From NCBI GenBank assembly GCA_963675755.2, contig CAXXMD010000002.1:96001-160000 (forward strand): 64,000 nucleotides of DNA. The letters run 5' to 3'. The stretch comes from a bacterium (lineage in GTDB: Bacteria > Zhuqueibacterota > Zhuqueibacteria > Residuimicrobiales > Krinioviventaceae). The notes beneath the pieces were generated by a model that had not been told where the DNA came from, did no database searches, and worked only from the letters and a program-made list of their open reading frames with translations. Made by a program: the position numbers and the translations under genes. Below, in pieces: positions 29,010-39,114 of this stretch (the stretch's first letter is position 1; each line of letters opens with the position of its first letter).

Positions 29010-30107
29010 TTATACATTCGCTGCTAAATTCCGATAGTGATAATATGCCGCACAGGCACCTTCGGATGATACCATGGTTGCTCCCAATGGATGGTCTGGT
29101 GTGCATTCTGTTCCGAATGCAGGGCAATGGTCCGGCTTGTGAATTCCCTGCAATACCAACCCGCTGATACATATATCCGGGTCGGTGACAGGTTCTGTAT
29201 TCATTTGAAATCTGCGTTCCGCATCAAAGTGCTGAAAATTTTCAGCTAGTTTGAGACCGCTGTTTTGTATTGTGCCTATACCTCTCCAATTCCTGTCGGT
29301 AATTTTGAAAATTTGCTGCATCAATTCACGTGCAGAAACGTTCCCTTCTCGGATGACGGAGCGGGAATAGGGATTTTCGATTTTTGATTGTCCCTGTTCT
29401 AATTGTTTGACGCACAGATATATACCCTGTAAAAGATCGACCGGTTCAAAGCCGGTAACCACAATTGGGATTTTGAATTTTTTCACGATGGGTTCGTATT
29501 CATGGTAACCCATGACAGTGCAAACATGTCCCGCTGCTAAAAAACCCTGGATTGTATTGTGTGGGGACGAGAGCAGCAATTCTATTGCAGGTGGTACACG
29601 GACATGAGAAACCAGGAATTGCAGGTTGGGAATGCTTTGCTCATATGCCTGCCATACAGTCATGGCAACAGCAGGCGCGGTTGTTTCGAATCCCACTGCA
29701 AAAAAGATGATTTGTTTGTCCGGATTTTGTTTGGCAAGTTCTAATGCATCCATTGGAGAATAGACGATCCGTATATCTGCTCCTCTGGCTTTGACGGATA
29801 TCAGGTCCTGTGAACTGCCGGGCACACGAAGCATATCTCCAAATGAGGTAAATATAACATCAGGTAATTGTGCCAGTGCGATAGCTTTGTCAATCATGTT
29901 TAATGGCGTCACACATACCGGACAGCCGGGGCCATGCAGCAGGTTTATTTTTTCTTCAAGAAGCTGATCAATGCCATATTGCAGCAGGGCATGGGTTTGC
30001 CCTCCGCAAATTTCCATAATCGTCCATTTACGAGTGGCGGTTTGTAAGATTCGATCAATTCCGGTTTTAACGGCTTGAGGATCTCTATATTCTGAAATAA
30101 ATTTCAT
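29010..30107 (-). CDS. hypD: Hydrogenase maturation protein HypD
   Basis: [24 protein letters not shown] and [10 protein letters not shown]. Confidence 0.97.
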   Translation of the reverse strand: MKFISEYRDPQAVKTGIDRILQTATRKWTIMEICGGQTHALLQYGIDQLLEEKINLLHGPGCPVCVTPLNMIDKAIALAQLPDVIFTSFGDMLRVPGSSQDLISVKARGADIRIVYSPMDALELAKQNPDKQIIFFAVGFETTAPAVAMTVWQAYEQSIPNLQFLVSHVRVPPAIELLLSSPHNTIQGFLAAGHVCTVMGYHEYEPIVKKFKIPIVVTGFEPVDLLQGIYLCVKQLEQGQSKIENPYSRSVIREGNVSARELMQQIFKITDRNWRGIGTIQNSGLKLAENFQHFDAERRFQMNTEPVTDPDICISGLVLQGIHKPDHCPAFGTECTPDHPLGATMVSSEGACAAYYHYRNLAANV

Positions 30108-30349
30108 GATTCGTTCAGGTCTTTGGGCACCATTTCCTGAAAGATATCCAATATTTCCCGGGCATCCTCTTCTTTTAGAATTGTTATTGCAAACCCTGCA
30201 TGTACATTTACCCAGTCCCCGGGTTTAGCTTCCGGCACATAGCCCATATGTACGGATTTTACAATTCCATTAAAATCCACTTTGGCGGTTCGAGACATGG
30301 GTTCATCACCATGAATGTCTAATATTTTACCGGGTATAGCCAGACACAT
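30104..30349 (-). CDS. hypC: Hydrogenase maturation chaperone HypC
   Basis: MCLAIPG and [11 protein letters not shown]. Confidence 0.96.
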   Translation of the reverse strand: MCLAIPGKILDIHGDEPMSRTAKVDFNGIVKSVHMGYVPEAKPGDWVNVHAGFAITILKEEDAREILDIFQEMVPKDLNES

Positions 30350-30351
30350 GT

Positions 30352-32697
30352 TTACTCCTCATTAGATTTGAGAAATTGAGACGCATAAATTTGGCCGGTA
30401 CTGATGCCACCATCATTGGGCGGGATTTGTCGGTTCATGTACAAATGGTATCCCTTTTCAACAAGTAACAAGTGTACGCGGTCTGTCAGATACCGGTTCT
30501 GGAATGTGCCACCTGAAATAACGATTTGTTTGATCCCTGCAAGGTCTGCAATTTTGGTGATTGCTTTTGAAAGGGATATATGCACTTTTGCCGCGATAAT
30601 CTCAACCGAAACATGATTGCTTTTATCCTTTATGATTTCGAGAATCATGGGGCGCCAGTCAAATATGTATGTATCGTTTACTTTATTTATATCCAGGGAA
30701 TACCGTTCATAAAAGTCATCAATGGGCCAGGCTTTATATTCCAGACTAATAGCTGCATGCCCTTCGTATTGATTTACATGTTCAAGATCCAGCAGAGAGG
30801 ATATGGCATCAAATAATCTCCCTACACTGGATGTCATGGGGCAATTGATGTTTTTATCCAGCATGTCAAGTAAAAGTTGGTTGTTTTTTTTGTTCGAGTG
30901 GGCAGTGGGCAGTATTTCAAGGATTTTATCTCTGTCACTTTTGTAAAGGGTATGCAAAAGTCCGATTAGAGTCCTGAAAGGTTCTTTTACTGCCAAATCA
31001 CCTCCCGGTAGTGCAAATGGCAGAAAATGGGCAAAACGTTCATAACTATTCTGGTTGATTAAAATTGCTTCACCACCCCATATGGTTTCATCATCTCCAT
31101 AACCTGTGCCATCCCATGCAAAACCCAACACAGGCGGAGTAATGTTATGCTCTGCCATACACGAATAGATGTGGGCCGCATGATGCTGGACCTTAAGCCT
31201 GGTAATACCGGATTTCTCTGCATATTGTGATGATAAATAGTCAGGATGTTTGTCATGAATAATCAGCTCTGGGGTAATTTCATACATGTTGGCAAGATCT
31301 TTAATGCTTGTAGAAAAAGCATTGAATGCAGCTTCTGTTTCCAGATCACCTATGTGCTGGCTGGTAAAAAGTGTGTTTCCCTGAGAAATACTGATTGTAT
31401 TTTTTAAATGTCCACCCACTGCAAGGATAGAGTTGTAATGCGTTTTTCCGGTAATGGGTAATGGGGCGTATCCTCTTGCACGGCGCAGAATAGTAAGATC
31501 CGATGCAATGGTTTTGACTACCGAGTCATCCACGTGACGTGCAATGGGACGGTTATGCAACAAAAAGGCATCTGCTATATTTTTTAACCGCAAGAATGCT
31601 TCTTCATTATCAATACAAATGGGTTCTTCTGATATATTTCCGCTTGTGCAAATTACCGGACTGTTCATTTCTTTCATTAACAAATGATGCAATGGAGAAT
31701 AGGGCAGCATAGCACCGAGATAAGGATTATCAGGAGCGACGGATGGAGCCAGTTCTTTGTATGGGTCTTGTATTTTAAAAAGCAAAACGATAGGGGACTG
31801 GGCTGAAAGTAATGCCGCTTTTTCCTTGTCAGATATTCTGCAATATGCCTGAATTGAAGATAAATTGGGAAACATGACCGCGAAAGGTTTTGCTTCTCGT
31901 TGTTTGCGTTTCCGCAAACGATTGATTGTTTTCTCATTCCCCGCATCTGCCAGTAATTGGAACCCTCCAATACCTTTGACAGCAATAATTTTACCTTCTT
32001 TGAGCAGAGATACACAGCCTTTTATTGCGCTTTCCGGCCCCGCGATTTCTTGTTCATGTTTATTATAAAGTCCGATTTGAGGCCCACAGGTTGGACAGGC
32101 ATTGGGTTGCGCATGAAACCGGCGGTCATTGGGATTATCATATTCCTCCTGACAATCAGGACACATGGTAAAGGATGCCATTGTTGTATTCTTGCGATCA
32201 TAGGGAAGTGACGTGATGATAGAGTAACGTGGGCCGCAATGTGTACAGTTGATAAAGGGATACTGATAACGTCTGTTCGATTCATCTTCAAGTTCATTCA
32301 GACAATCGGGGCAAGTTGCAAGGTCGGGTAGAATCCAGGCATTTTTGGTGTTGCCGTTTTCACTGAATTTTATTTCAAAGTTATCAAATTCGTGTAATGG
32401 CAGTTTATTCTCTTCTATTGTGTGTACCAGAATAGGAGGGGGTGCCTGGTAAAGCAGGCGTGTAAACTGGTCAAGAATCGTTGGCGTTGCCTGAATAATC
32501 ATGTGCACACCCTGGTCCGTATTGTTGACCTGTCCCTTGATGTCCATTTGATGCGCTATGCGATAAACAAACGGCCTGAATCCAACACCCTGGACTGAAC
32601 CGGTGATCCGTAATAGCCTGCATTCCAGTCTTTCTGTAAACAATGCTTTTTTCAATTCTTGCCTGCTATAAACTGATTTGCCTGTTCTTTTAACCAA
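30352..32697 (-). CDS. hypF: Carbamoyltransferase HypF
   Basis: Acylphosphatase motif GSVQGVGFRPF, zinc fingers (CPDC, CTHCGPRY, CPTCGP), KGIGGF, QHH.AH, DGTGYG and PPNDGG. Exact start uncertain. Confidence 0.96.
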   Translation of the reverse strand: MVKRTGKSVYSRQELKKALFTERLECRLLRITGSVQGVGFRPFVYRIAHQMDIKGQVNNTDQGVHMIIQATPTILDQFTRLLYQAPPPILVHTIEENKLPLHEFDNFEIKFSENGNTKNAWILPDLATCPDCLNELEDESNRRYQYPFINCTHCGPRYSIITSLPYDRKNTTMASFTMCPDCQEEYDNPNDRRFHAQPNACPTCGPQIGLYNKHEQEIAGPESAIKGCVSLLKEGKIIAVKGIGGFQLLADAGNEKTINRLRKRKQREAKPFAVMFPNLSSIQAYCRISDKEKAALLSAQSPIVLLFKIQDPYKELAPSVAPDNPYLGAMLPYSPLHHLLMKEMNSPVICTSGNISEEPICIDNEEAFLRLKNIADAFLLHNRPIARHVDDSVVKTIASDLTILRRARGYAPLPITGKTHYNSILAVGGHLKNTISISQGNTLFTSQHIGDLETEAAFNAFSTSIKDLANMYEITPELIIHDKHPDYLSSQYAEKSGITRLKVQHHAAHIYSCMAEHNITPPVLGFAWDGTGYGDDETIWGGEAILINQNSYERFAHFLPFALPGGDLAVKEPFRTLIGLLHTLYKSDRDKILEILPTAHSNKKNNQLLLDMLDKNINCPMTSSVGRLFDAISSLLDLEHVNQYEGHAAISLEYKAWPIDDFYERYSLDINKVNDTYIFDWRPMILEIIKDKSNHVSVEIIAAKVHISLSKAITKIADLAGIKQIVISGGTFQNRYLTDRVHLLLVEKGYHLYMNRQIPPNDGGISTGQIYASQFLKSNEE

Positions 32698-33320
32698 TAA
32701 ACAACGAGTTCCAGTCCTTCTCCGGTTTTGGCAGAAACTGTTAAAAATTCCAGTCCGGGATTTACCTGCCAGGCAAATTGTTTTGCTTTTTCAATGTCAA
32801 ATTCGACATAGGGGAGGAGGTCTGTTTTATTAATAATACATAAATCCGCTTTGCTGAACATGGTGTTATATTTTATGGGCTTGTCATCTCCTTCTGTTGT
32901 ACTGATAATAACTACTTTTTTAAACTCTCCCAGGTCATAGCTGGCAGGACAAACAAGATTCCCAACATTTTCAATAAATAACAATTTTCTTGTCGTCAAA
33001 TCCATTTGTTGCAAGGCATTCCTGACCAACATGGCATCTAAATGACAGCCACCTTTGGTTACAATTTGAATGACTGGTACGCCCAGTGCATCAATCCTGT
33101 CTGCATCCCGATTGGTATGGAGATCTCCCTCAATAACAGCAGGATTTAAAGCTTTCAACTCTGGTAATAGTTTTTCAAGGAGGGTGGTTTTACCGGACCC
33201 CGGTGAACTGAGCAAGTTAAAGGTCGGTATTTCAAGTAATTTAAACTGGTCCCGGTTTTGTGCTGCAACCTGGTCATTTTTTTCCAAAATGTTTCTTTCA
33301 ACAGTTATTACCGCCATCAT
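32652..33320 (-). CDS. hypB: Hydrogenase nickel-incorporation GTPase HypB (short form)
   Basis: SSPGSGKT, CHLDA, ENVGNLVCPA, EGDDKP and NKTD. Confidence 0.96.
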   Translation of the reverse strand: MMAVITVERNILEKNDQVAAQNRDQFKLLEIPTFNLLSSPGSGKTTLLEKLLPELKALNPAVIEGDLHTNRDADRIDALGVPVIQIVTKGGCHLDAMLVRNALQQMDLTTRKLLFIENVGNLVCPASYDLGEFKKVVIISTTEGDDKPIKYNTMFSKADLCIINKTDLLPYVEFDIEKAKQFAWQVNPGLEFLTVSAKTGEGLELVVYWLKEQANQFIAGKN

Positions 33321-33658
33321 TCCACCTCTATACTTAAAATGTGCAATTCATTTCCCTGTGTTACCTGAATGTCATATGATTGACAATGGGGGCAGCTAAA
33401 AACAAATTCTTCCAGTGTGAACGCATTATTGCATTGAAGACAAGTACCCTTAATGGGGACGATTTTAATTTCGAGTTTGGAATTTTCTAATGGAGAGTTT
33501 TGAATTATTCCTTCATAAGCGGATTGTAACAATTCCGGAACAACTGCTGACATTTGGCCAATTTGCAAATGTACTAAAGTTAGCTGCTTGCCCGGATGGT
33601 CATTCATGATCTTGCTGACGATATCAAGAATTGCGTATGCCATACTTGTTTCGTGCAT
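33317..33658 (-). CDS. hypA: Hydrogenase nickel metallochaperone HypA
   Basis: N-terminal MHE, CLQC...CPHC zinc finger and G.EL.I.SIEVE. Confidence 0.95.
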   Translation of the reverse strand: MHETSMAYAILDIVSKIMNDHPGKQLTLVHLQIGQMSAVVPELLQSAYEGIIQNSPLENSKLEIKIVPIKGTCLQCNNAFTLEEFVFSCPHCQSYDIQVTQGNELHILSIEVE

Positions 33659-33811
33659 AATCGTATCTCTGGACTTGTTAGCGTGCATAGAATAACGGCA
33701 GCAGAAATATCCATTAACCGGGAAAGAGAGTGTGTATGTCGCAGCAAAGCTGCCTATCTAAAGAAATCGAATCAAAATCAAATAGTCAACAAAAAAATGA
33801 ATATTTACCCG

Positions 33812-34366
33812 TTAATCGGTTGGATTTTTAACTTTTTGTATCATTCGCATGAGGAAAATCAATGTTCCGATTAAAAACAACAAAGCACCAGTGCCTGTGG
33901 CAAGGTAATCCGTATATGATGGCCCTGTTCGAATGAGCGATATTTCAGGAGAGTCTGGGTCATGATGAATAGTGATTGCTTTGCCGGGGTGATAAAGTTT
34001 TACCAGTTTTTCTGCAGCATCCAGGCGGTTCATTCTGCCTCCAAAACCAGGCACATGTAGATCTGTAATGCCGTTATATTTTTCCCCATTAATATAATAG
34101 TGATAGTATAACAGTGGGCGAAAAGCACGTTCACCCACAACTTGAGAACTGTCAATTTGCCCTGTAGTGATTGGCCATGACCGTTTTGAAAATGCTTTTT
34201 CCAGAGCAGGACAATATCCGTAAAACAAACTGCCCCCAGTCATGATCAAAAACAAGGCAATGATAAAAATGTTTTTGGAAATAGCGGGACGTTGAGCGGG
34301 TTTGGTTAAAATTGCTATTATCAGAGATACAAAAAATATAAAGATCAATATATTTATTGATTGCAT
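33812..34366 (-). CDS. DUF3592-like membrane protein
   Basis: TM helices flanking SWPITTGQI...Y.Y.ING..Y...G..ITIHHDP..P. Confidence 0.65.
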   Translation of the reverse strand: MQSINILIFIFFVSLIIAILTKPAQRPAISKNIFIIALFLIMTGGSLFYGYCPALEKAFSKRSWPITTGQIDSSQVVGERAFRPLLYYHYYINGEKYNGITDLHVPGFGGRMNRLDAAEKLVKLYHPGKAITIHHDPDSPEISLIRTGPSYTDYLATGTGALLFLIGTLIFLMRMIQKVKNPTD

Positions 34367-34490
34367 AATCAGCCCATAAAAAAAAGAAATATTCAGACTT
34401 TATATAGGGTTATCATTGTAGAAAATTTAGTCATTTCTAATTCAACATTATCGAACAACGCATTATTTCTTGAAAAATTTGGGATTTTGG

Positions 34491-34519
34491 TTGCTTTTAT
34501 GCTTTGTACGAAATATATT
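34491..34519 (+). promoter_or_regulatory. Putative sigma70 promoter of the ctaB-act-cox operon
   Basis: TTGCTT-N17-TATATT, 35 nt upstream of ctaB. Confidence 0.45.
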
Positions 34520-34554
34520 AAATCAGGGGTATAATAAAATACAATGGTTTACGA

Positions 34555-35427
34555 ATGATTAGAACGATTGCGGATTATATAAAACTTACTAAACCCAGAA
34601 TTATGATTCTGATTATATTATCCGGTTTTACTGCATTAGTCATGGAAAAAAGCATGCTTGCAGAGCCGGGACGCATTATTCTGGCTTTATTTGCATTGTA
34701 TTTGACCGGTGGCGCAGCTAATGCTTTGAATAATTATTTTGAAAGAGAGATCGATGCGAAAATGGAGCGTACTCGAATAAAACGCCCATTACCGCAAAAA
34801 CGAATTGATGAAAACAAGGCATTGGTTTTTGCTATTGTTATTGGTTTAACCGGGGTTTTAATATTAGGCTTCTTTTTCAATTGGTTGAGCGCCAGTTTAT
34901 CACTGGGTACAATATTGTTCTACAGTCTTTTTTATACGCTTGTATTGAAACCGGGAACTCCCCAGAATATTGTTATAGGCGGGGCCGCCGGAGCTATGGC
35001 ACCGGTAGGCATGTGGGCCGCAGCTAGCGGAAGTTTAGAGATAACTCCCTGGACCCTATTTCTGATTATTTTTTTCTGGAGTCCACCACACTTTTGGGCT
35101 TTGGCTGTTAATTATAAAGATGACTATAAAAAAGCCGGATACCCTATGCTTCCGGTTGTAAAAGGCGACACTGTTGCATTGAAACAGATTTTTATATTTA
35201 CTATTATTCTTTTTTTTACGAGTTTAACTCCTTATCTTTTTAAAGCAAATTTGTTGTATCTGGTTGCTGCTATGTTGCTGGGTGCAATTTTTATTTATCG
35301 ATCGTACGTTGCTATGAAAAAACAGGAGACGCAAAAGGTTTGGGCGGTATTTGGTTATTCAATAATTTACCTTTTTGCTTTGTTTTTTGCTATTATTATA
35401 GATAGTATATTTCCTTTCCATATATAA
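34555..35427 (+). CDS. ctaB: Protoheme IX farnesyltransferase (heme O synthase)
   Basis: LTKPR, D..MERT..RPLP, NIVIGG.AGA, WSPPHFWALA and DY..AG.PMLP. Confidence 0.95.
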   Translation: MIRTIADYIKLTKPRIMILIILSGFTALVMEKSMLAEPGRIILALFALYLTGGAANALNNYFEREIDAKMERTRIKRPLPQKRIDENKALVFAIVIGLTGVLILGFFFNWLSASLSLGTILFYSLFYTLVLKPGTPQNIVIGGAAGAMAPVGMWAAASGSLEITPWTLFLIIFFWSPPHFWALAVNYKDDYKKAGYPMLPVVKGDTVALKQIFIFTIILFFTSLTPYLFKANLLYLVAAMLLGAIFIYRSYVAMKKQETQKVWAVFGYSIIYLFALFFAIIIDSIFPFHI

Positions 35428-35464
35428 TTACACGTTTGGTATAACTAACTGAAGGACTGGACTA

Positions 35465-36112
35465 TTGGCACAGATTTTTCCTCAGTGGACGAACAAAACC
35501 CCGGTTATTATTATCATGTTGGCCTTTGTTTCGTTGGTTGCTATCGTTGGATTCTTTTGGTACTTTGGATCACCCAAGTATACGGATGTTGGCTATCGTC
35601 CTAAACAGCCTGTAGATTACAGCCACAAGCTGCATGCAGGTGATTTGGGCATCGATTGTCGCTATTGTCATTGGGCGGTTGAAGAATCCCGTTTTTCGAA
35701 TATACCCTCTACACAAACTTGTATGAACTGTCATCAACTGATATTGCCCGAAAGTGAAAAACTTTTACCGGTACGGGAAAGTTTTGGTACAGACACGGCC
35801 ATTGAATGGGTACGGGTCCATATGCTGCCGGATTATGCATATTTTGACCACAGTGCTCATGTGAATGCAGGTGTTGCCTGTCAGTCGTGTCATGGTAATG
35901 TGGCACAAATGGATGTCGTTACACAGGTTGAACCTTTGAGTATGGGATGGTGTCTGGATTGTCACCGCAATCCTGCCCCAAGTATCAGACCGTTGGACCA
36001 GGTCACAAACATGAACTGGTCTCCTCCCGAGAATCAGCTCGAGTTGGCACACCAGTTTATTCAAGAACATAACATTAATCCGCCCGTAGATTGTTCAGGA
36101 TGTCATCGGTAA
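35465..36112 (+). CDS. actA: Alternative complex III pentaheme cytochrome c subunit
   Basis: TTG start; N-terminal TM; five CxxCH motifs (CRYCH, CMNCH, CQSCH, CLDCH, CSGCH). Confidence 0.92.
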   Translation: MAQIFPQWTNKTPVIIIMLAFVSLVAIVGFFWYFGSPKYTDVGYRPKQPVDYSHKLHAGDLGIDCRYCHWAVEESRFSNIPSTQTCMNCHQLILPESEKLLPVRESFGTDTAIEWVRVHMLPDYAYFDHSAHVNAGVACQSCHGNVAQMDVVTQVEPLSMGWCLDCHRNPAPSIRPLDQVTNMNWSPPENQLELAHQFIQEHNINPPVDCSGCHR

Positions 36113-36117
36113 AAATT

Positions 36118-39096
36118 ATGGATAATAAAAAGACTACTTATTGGAAAAGTTTGGAACAACTGGACAACAGTCCAGAGTATCTCAAGTTTTTGGAAAACGA
36201 GTTTCCGGAACAAGCTGCTGAAATGAGTGATCCGGTATCGAGAAGGACCTTTTTGAATTTAATGGGTGCTTCCGCTGCATTTGCAGGCCTTGCTGCATGC
36301 AGCAAACCGGTTGAAAAGATTGTGCCCTATGTTAAACCTCCCGAAGAAGTTATCCCCGGTGTTGCAGAGTATTTTGCTACTACTATGCCCATGGGAACCT
36401 TTCCGTTAGGTTTGCTTGTTAAATCCACTGATGGAAGACCCATCAAGATCGAGGGGAATCCTTTACATCCTGCAAGCAAGGGTGGAACCCATGTATTTGC
36501 TCAGGCAGAATTGCTAAACATGTATGACCCTGATCGCTCCAAAGATGTAATGAATTCAGGTAAAAAAAGCACTTGGGGTGATTTTATCAACGCATGGCGT
36601 GAGTTATATCCGTCTTTTGTAGAGAATCGTGGTAAGGGATTAGCGTTAATAAGTACATCAACAGCTTCTCCATCAATTGCACGATTGACAGAAACCTATA
36701 AAAAGAAATTTCCCCAAGCTCAATGGTTTGTTTATGATTCAGCAGGAGATGACTGCCGGATCGCTGCCAGCAAAGCTCTTTTTGATAAATCCGCAATGCC
36801 TGTTTATGATCTTGAAAAAGCGGATGTGATTTTATCTCTCGATGCAGACCTGTTGATGATGGAACCCAATAACGCCCGGTATGCCAGGGACTTTGCCTCA
36901 AGACGCAACCTGGTATTAGCAGATGATAATTTAAATAGATTGTATGTTGTTGAAGGTGACCATTCGGTTACCGGTGCAAATGCAGATCACCGGCTTCAGG
37001 TTAAAACATCGCAAATAGGTGCTTTTGCCGTTGCACTTGCAAAAGCATTGCAATCATTAGGATTGAATATTGATAAAAGTTTGCCAGATATAGATGAACA
37101 TGCATTTGATGTCAAGTGGATTAATGCCGTTGCCAAAGATCTTTTACATCAAAAGGGTTCAAGTCTGGTTGCAGCTGGAAAATCTCAGCCAGCAAACGTT
37201 CATACTCTTGTTTATGCTATCAACGAAGCACTGGGCAATATTGGCAATACGCTTGATTTTTACCCACTTACAGATCAATTGGTTGCCCAATCAGGACAAC
37301 TGGCTGAATTTACTAAAGCATGTAAAGCAAAGCAAATTGACACGGTTGTGATGCTTGGCGGGAATCCGGTGTTTGATGCTCCAATAGATACTGATTTTGA
37401 AAATTGTATCAAATCCGTAAAACATTCAATCCATGTGTCTTTATATAACGATGAAACCTCACAAACATGTGAATGGCATATACCTCAAGCGCATTTTCTG
37501 GAATCGTGGGGAGATGCGGTAACTTTTGATGGATATCGTTCAATTGTTCAGCCACTCATTCTGCCTTTGTACAATGGTCATAGTGAATTAGAAGTATTAA
37601 ATTTCATTGTCAATGGATTGGATGATAAGGGCTATGACATTGTGCGTAAAACCTGGAGTGGTATTCTTTCCGGTTCACAATTTGAATTACAATGGGACAA
37701 GGTGCTGCATGATGGTGTGTACGAAAACAATTTAAACCCTATTTCCGTCTCTGTAAATAAAAGCAGTTTACAAAAAAGTTTGAGTGAACTATCCTCAAAA
37801 AGTCATGCTGCTGATGGGGCTTTGCAGCTTTTGTTCAAAGTATCACCAACAATTTACGATGGGCGTTATGCAAACAATGGATGGATGCAGGAACTGCCAC
37901 ATCCCATGACAAAAATAACGTGGGACAATCCACTGCAGATTTCACCAGTATTGGCCAAATCAAAGCGTTTGAAAAATGGCGATATGGTCAATCTTTCAGT
38001 ACATGATAAATCTGTTGAACTGCCTGTCTGGAGCGTTCCCGGTCTGGAAAAGAATACTCTGGTAGTAACATTGGGATATGGGCGCAAAGCCACGGGTAGA
38101 ATTTCCAAAGATGTGGGCGTTGATGTAAATCCGCTTCGTACGCTGACAGCCTTTAATCTGGCTTTGGATGTAAAACTGGAAAAAACCGGCAAATCCCGTT
38201 CTCTTGCTAATACCCAGGACCATGGCAGCATGGAGGGCAGACCGCTAGTAAGAGAAGGAAACCTGGAAGAATATAAAGCCAATCCTGAATTTGCACAAGA
38301 GATGGTAGAACATCCTCCACTAAAGAATTTGTGGAAAGACCATAAATACGATACGGGATACCAGTGGGGAATGATTATTGATTTGAACAAATGTACAGGA
38401 TGTAACACTTGTGTTGTAGCCTGCCAAAGTGAAAATAATATACCTATTGTTGGTAAAAAACAAGTGGGCAATGGTCGTGAAATGCACTGGATAAGGCTGG
38501 ACCGCTATTTTAGTGGAGATCCGGAAAATCCAAAGGTTGTGAATCAACCGGTAACCTGTCATCATTGTGAAAATGCACCCTGTGAGCAGGTTTGTCCTGT
38601 CGCAGCAACCGTGCATGACAAAGAAGGTTTAAACCTGATGACCTATAACCGCTGTGTGGGAACCCGTTATTGCTCAAATAACTGTCCCTACAAAGTCAGG
38701 CGTTTTAATTTCTTCAATTATCACAAGAAAATGGAAGATCAGGACAAGCTTATGCAGAACCCGGATGTGACCGTACGTTCGCGCGGAGTGATGGAAAAAT
38801 GTACTTTCTGTCTGCAGCGAATCAATGCTGCAAAACATACCGCCAAGAAGGAGGGACGTACCCTTGCTCCTAATGAAGTCAAAACTGCATGCCAACAGGC
38901 TTGTCCTGCTGACGCCATTTCTTTTGGTAATATATTGGATCCCGAAAGTAAAGTGTCTAAACTGCGGGATAATCCACGTGCATATGCAATGCTGGGTGAG
39001 TTGAACAACAGACCCCGTTTGATGTATCTGGCAAAAGTGAGAAATCCGAATCCTGAATTGATTAAAACTGAACCAAACGATAAACATCATGGATAA
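36118..39096 (+). CDS. actB: Alternative complex III molybdopterin-oxidoreductase-like/Fe-S subunit
   Basis: YWKSL, Tat motif SRRTFL, GRPIKIEGNP.HP and C-terminal Fe-S motifs (CTGCNTC..AC, CHHC..APC, CVGTRYC..NCPY, KCTFC). Confidence 0.94.
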   Translation: MDNKKTTYWKSLEQLDNSPEYLKFLENEFPEQAAEMSDPVSRRTFLNLMGASAAFAGLAACSKPVEKIVPYVKPPEEVIPGVAEYFATTMPMGTFPLGLLVKSTDGRPIKIEGNPLHPASKGGTHVFAQAELLNMYDPDRSKDVMNSGKKSTWGDFINAWRELYPSFVENRGKGLALISTSTASPSIARLTETYKKKFPQAQWFVYDSAGDDCRIAASKALFDKSAMPVYDLEKADVILSLDADLLMMEPNNARYARDFASRRNLVLADDNLNRLYVVEGDHSVTGANADHRLQVKTSQIGAFAVALAKALQSLGLNIDKSLPDIDEHAFDVKWINAVAKDLLHQKGSSLVAAGKSQPANVHTLVYAINEALGNIGNTLDFYPLTDQLVAQSGQLAEFTKACKAKQIDTVVMLGGNPVFDAPIDTDFENCIKSVKHSIHVSLYNDETSQTCEWHIPQAHFLESWGDAVTFDGYRSIVQPLILPLYNGHSELEVLNFIVNGLDDKGYDIVRKTWSGILSGSQFELQWDKVLHDGVYENNLNPISVSVNKSSLQKSLSELSSKSHAADGALQLLFKVSPTIYDGRYANNGWMQELPHPMTKITWDNPLQISPVLAKSKRLKNGDMVNLSVHDKSVELPVWSVPGLEKNTLVVTLGYGRKATGRISKDVGVDVNPLRTLTAFNLALDVKLEKTGKSRSLANTQDHGSMEGRPLVREGNLEEYKANPEFAQEMVEHPPLKNLWKDHKYDTGYQWGMIIDLNKCTGCNTCVVACQSENNIPIVGKKQVGNGREMHWIRLDRYFSGDPENPKVVNQPVTCHHCENAPCEQVCPVAATVHDKEGLNLMTYNRCVGTRYCSNNCPYKVRRFNFFNYHKKMEDQDKLMQNPDVTVRSRGVMEKCTFCLQRINAAKHTAKKEGRTLAPNEVKTACQQACPADAISFGNILDPESKVSKLRDNPRAYAMLGELNNRPRLMYLAKVRNPNPELIKTEPNDKHHG

Positions 39097-39114
39097 ATTA
39101 AAGGAAACGATTAA

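Noticed and set aside
28996-29172. 59-aa N-terminal extension of HypE in the ORF track
   Set aside because: It overlaps the conserved hypD 3' end; an RBS and ATG at 28995 give a normal HypE.
36118-39096. Catalytic molybdoenzyme (e.g. formate or nitrate reductase)
   Set aside because: The context (actA, actC-F) and fused Fe-S domain identify ActB, which has the fold but is not known to bind Mo-bisPGD.
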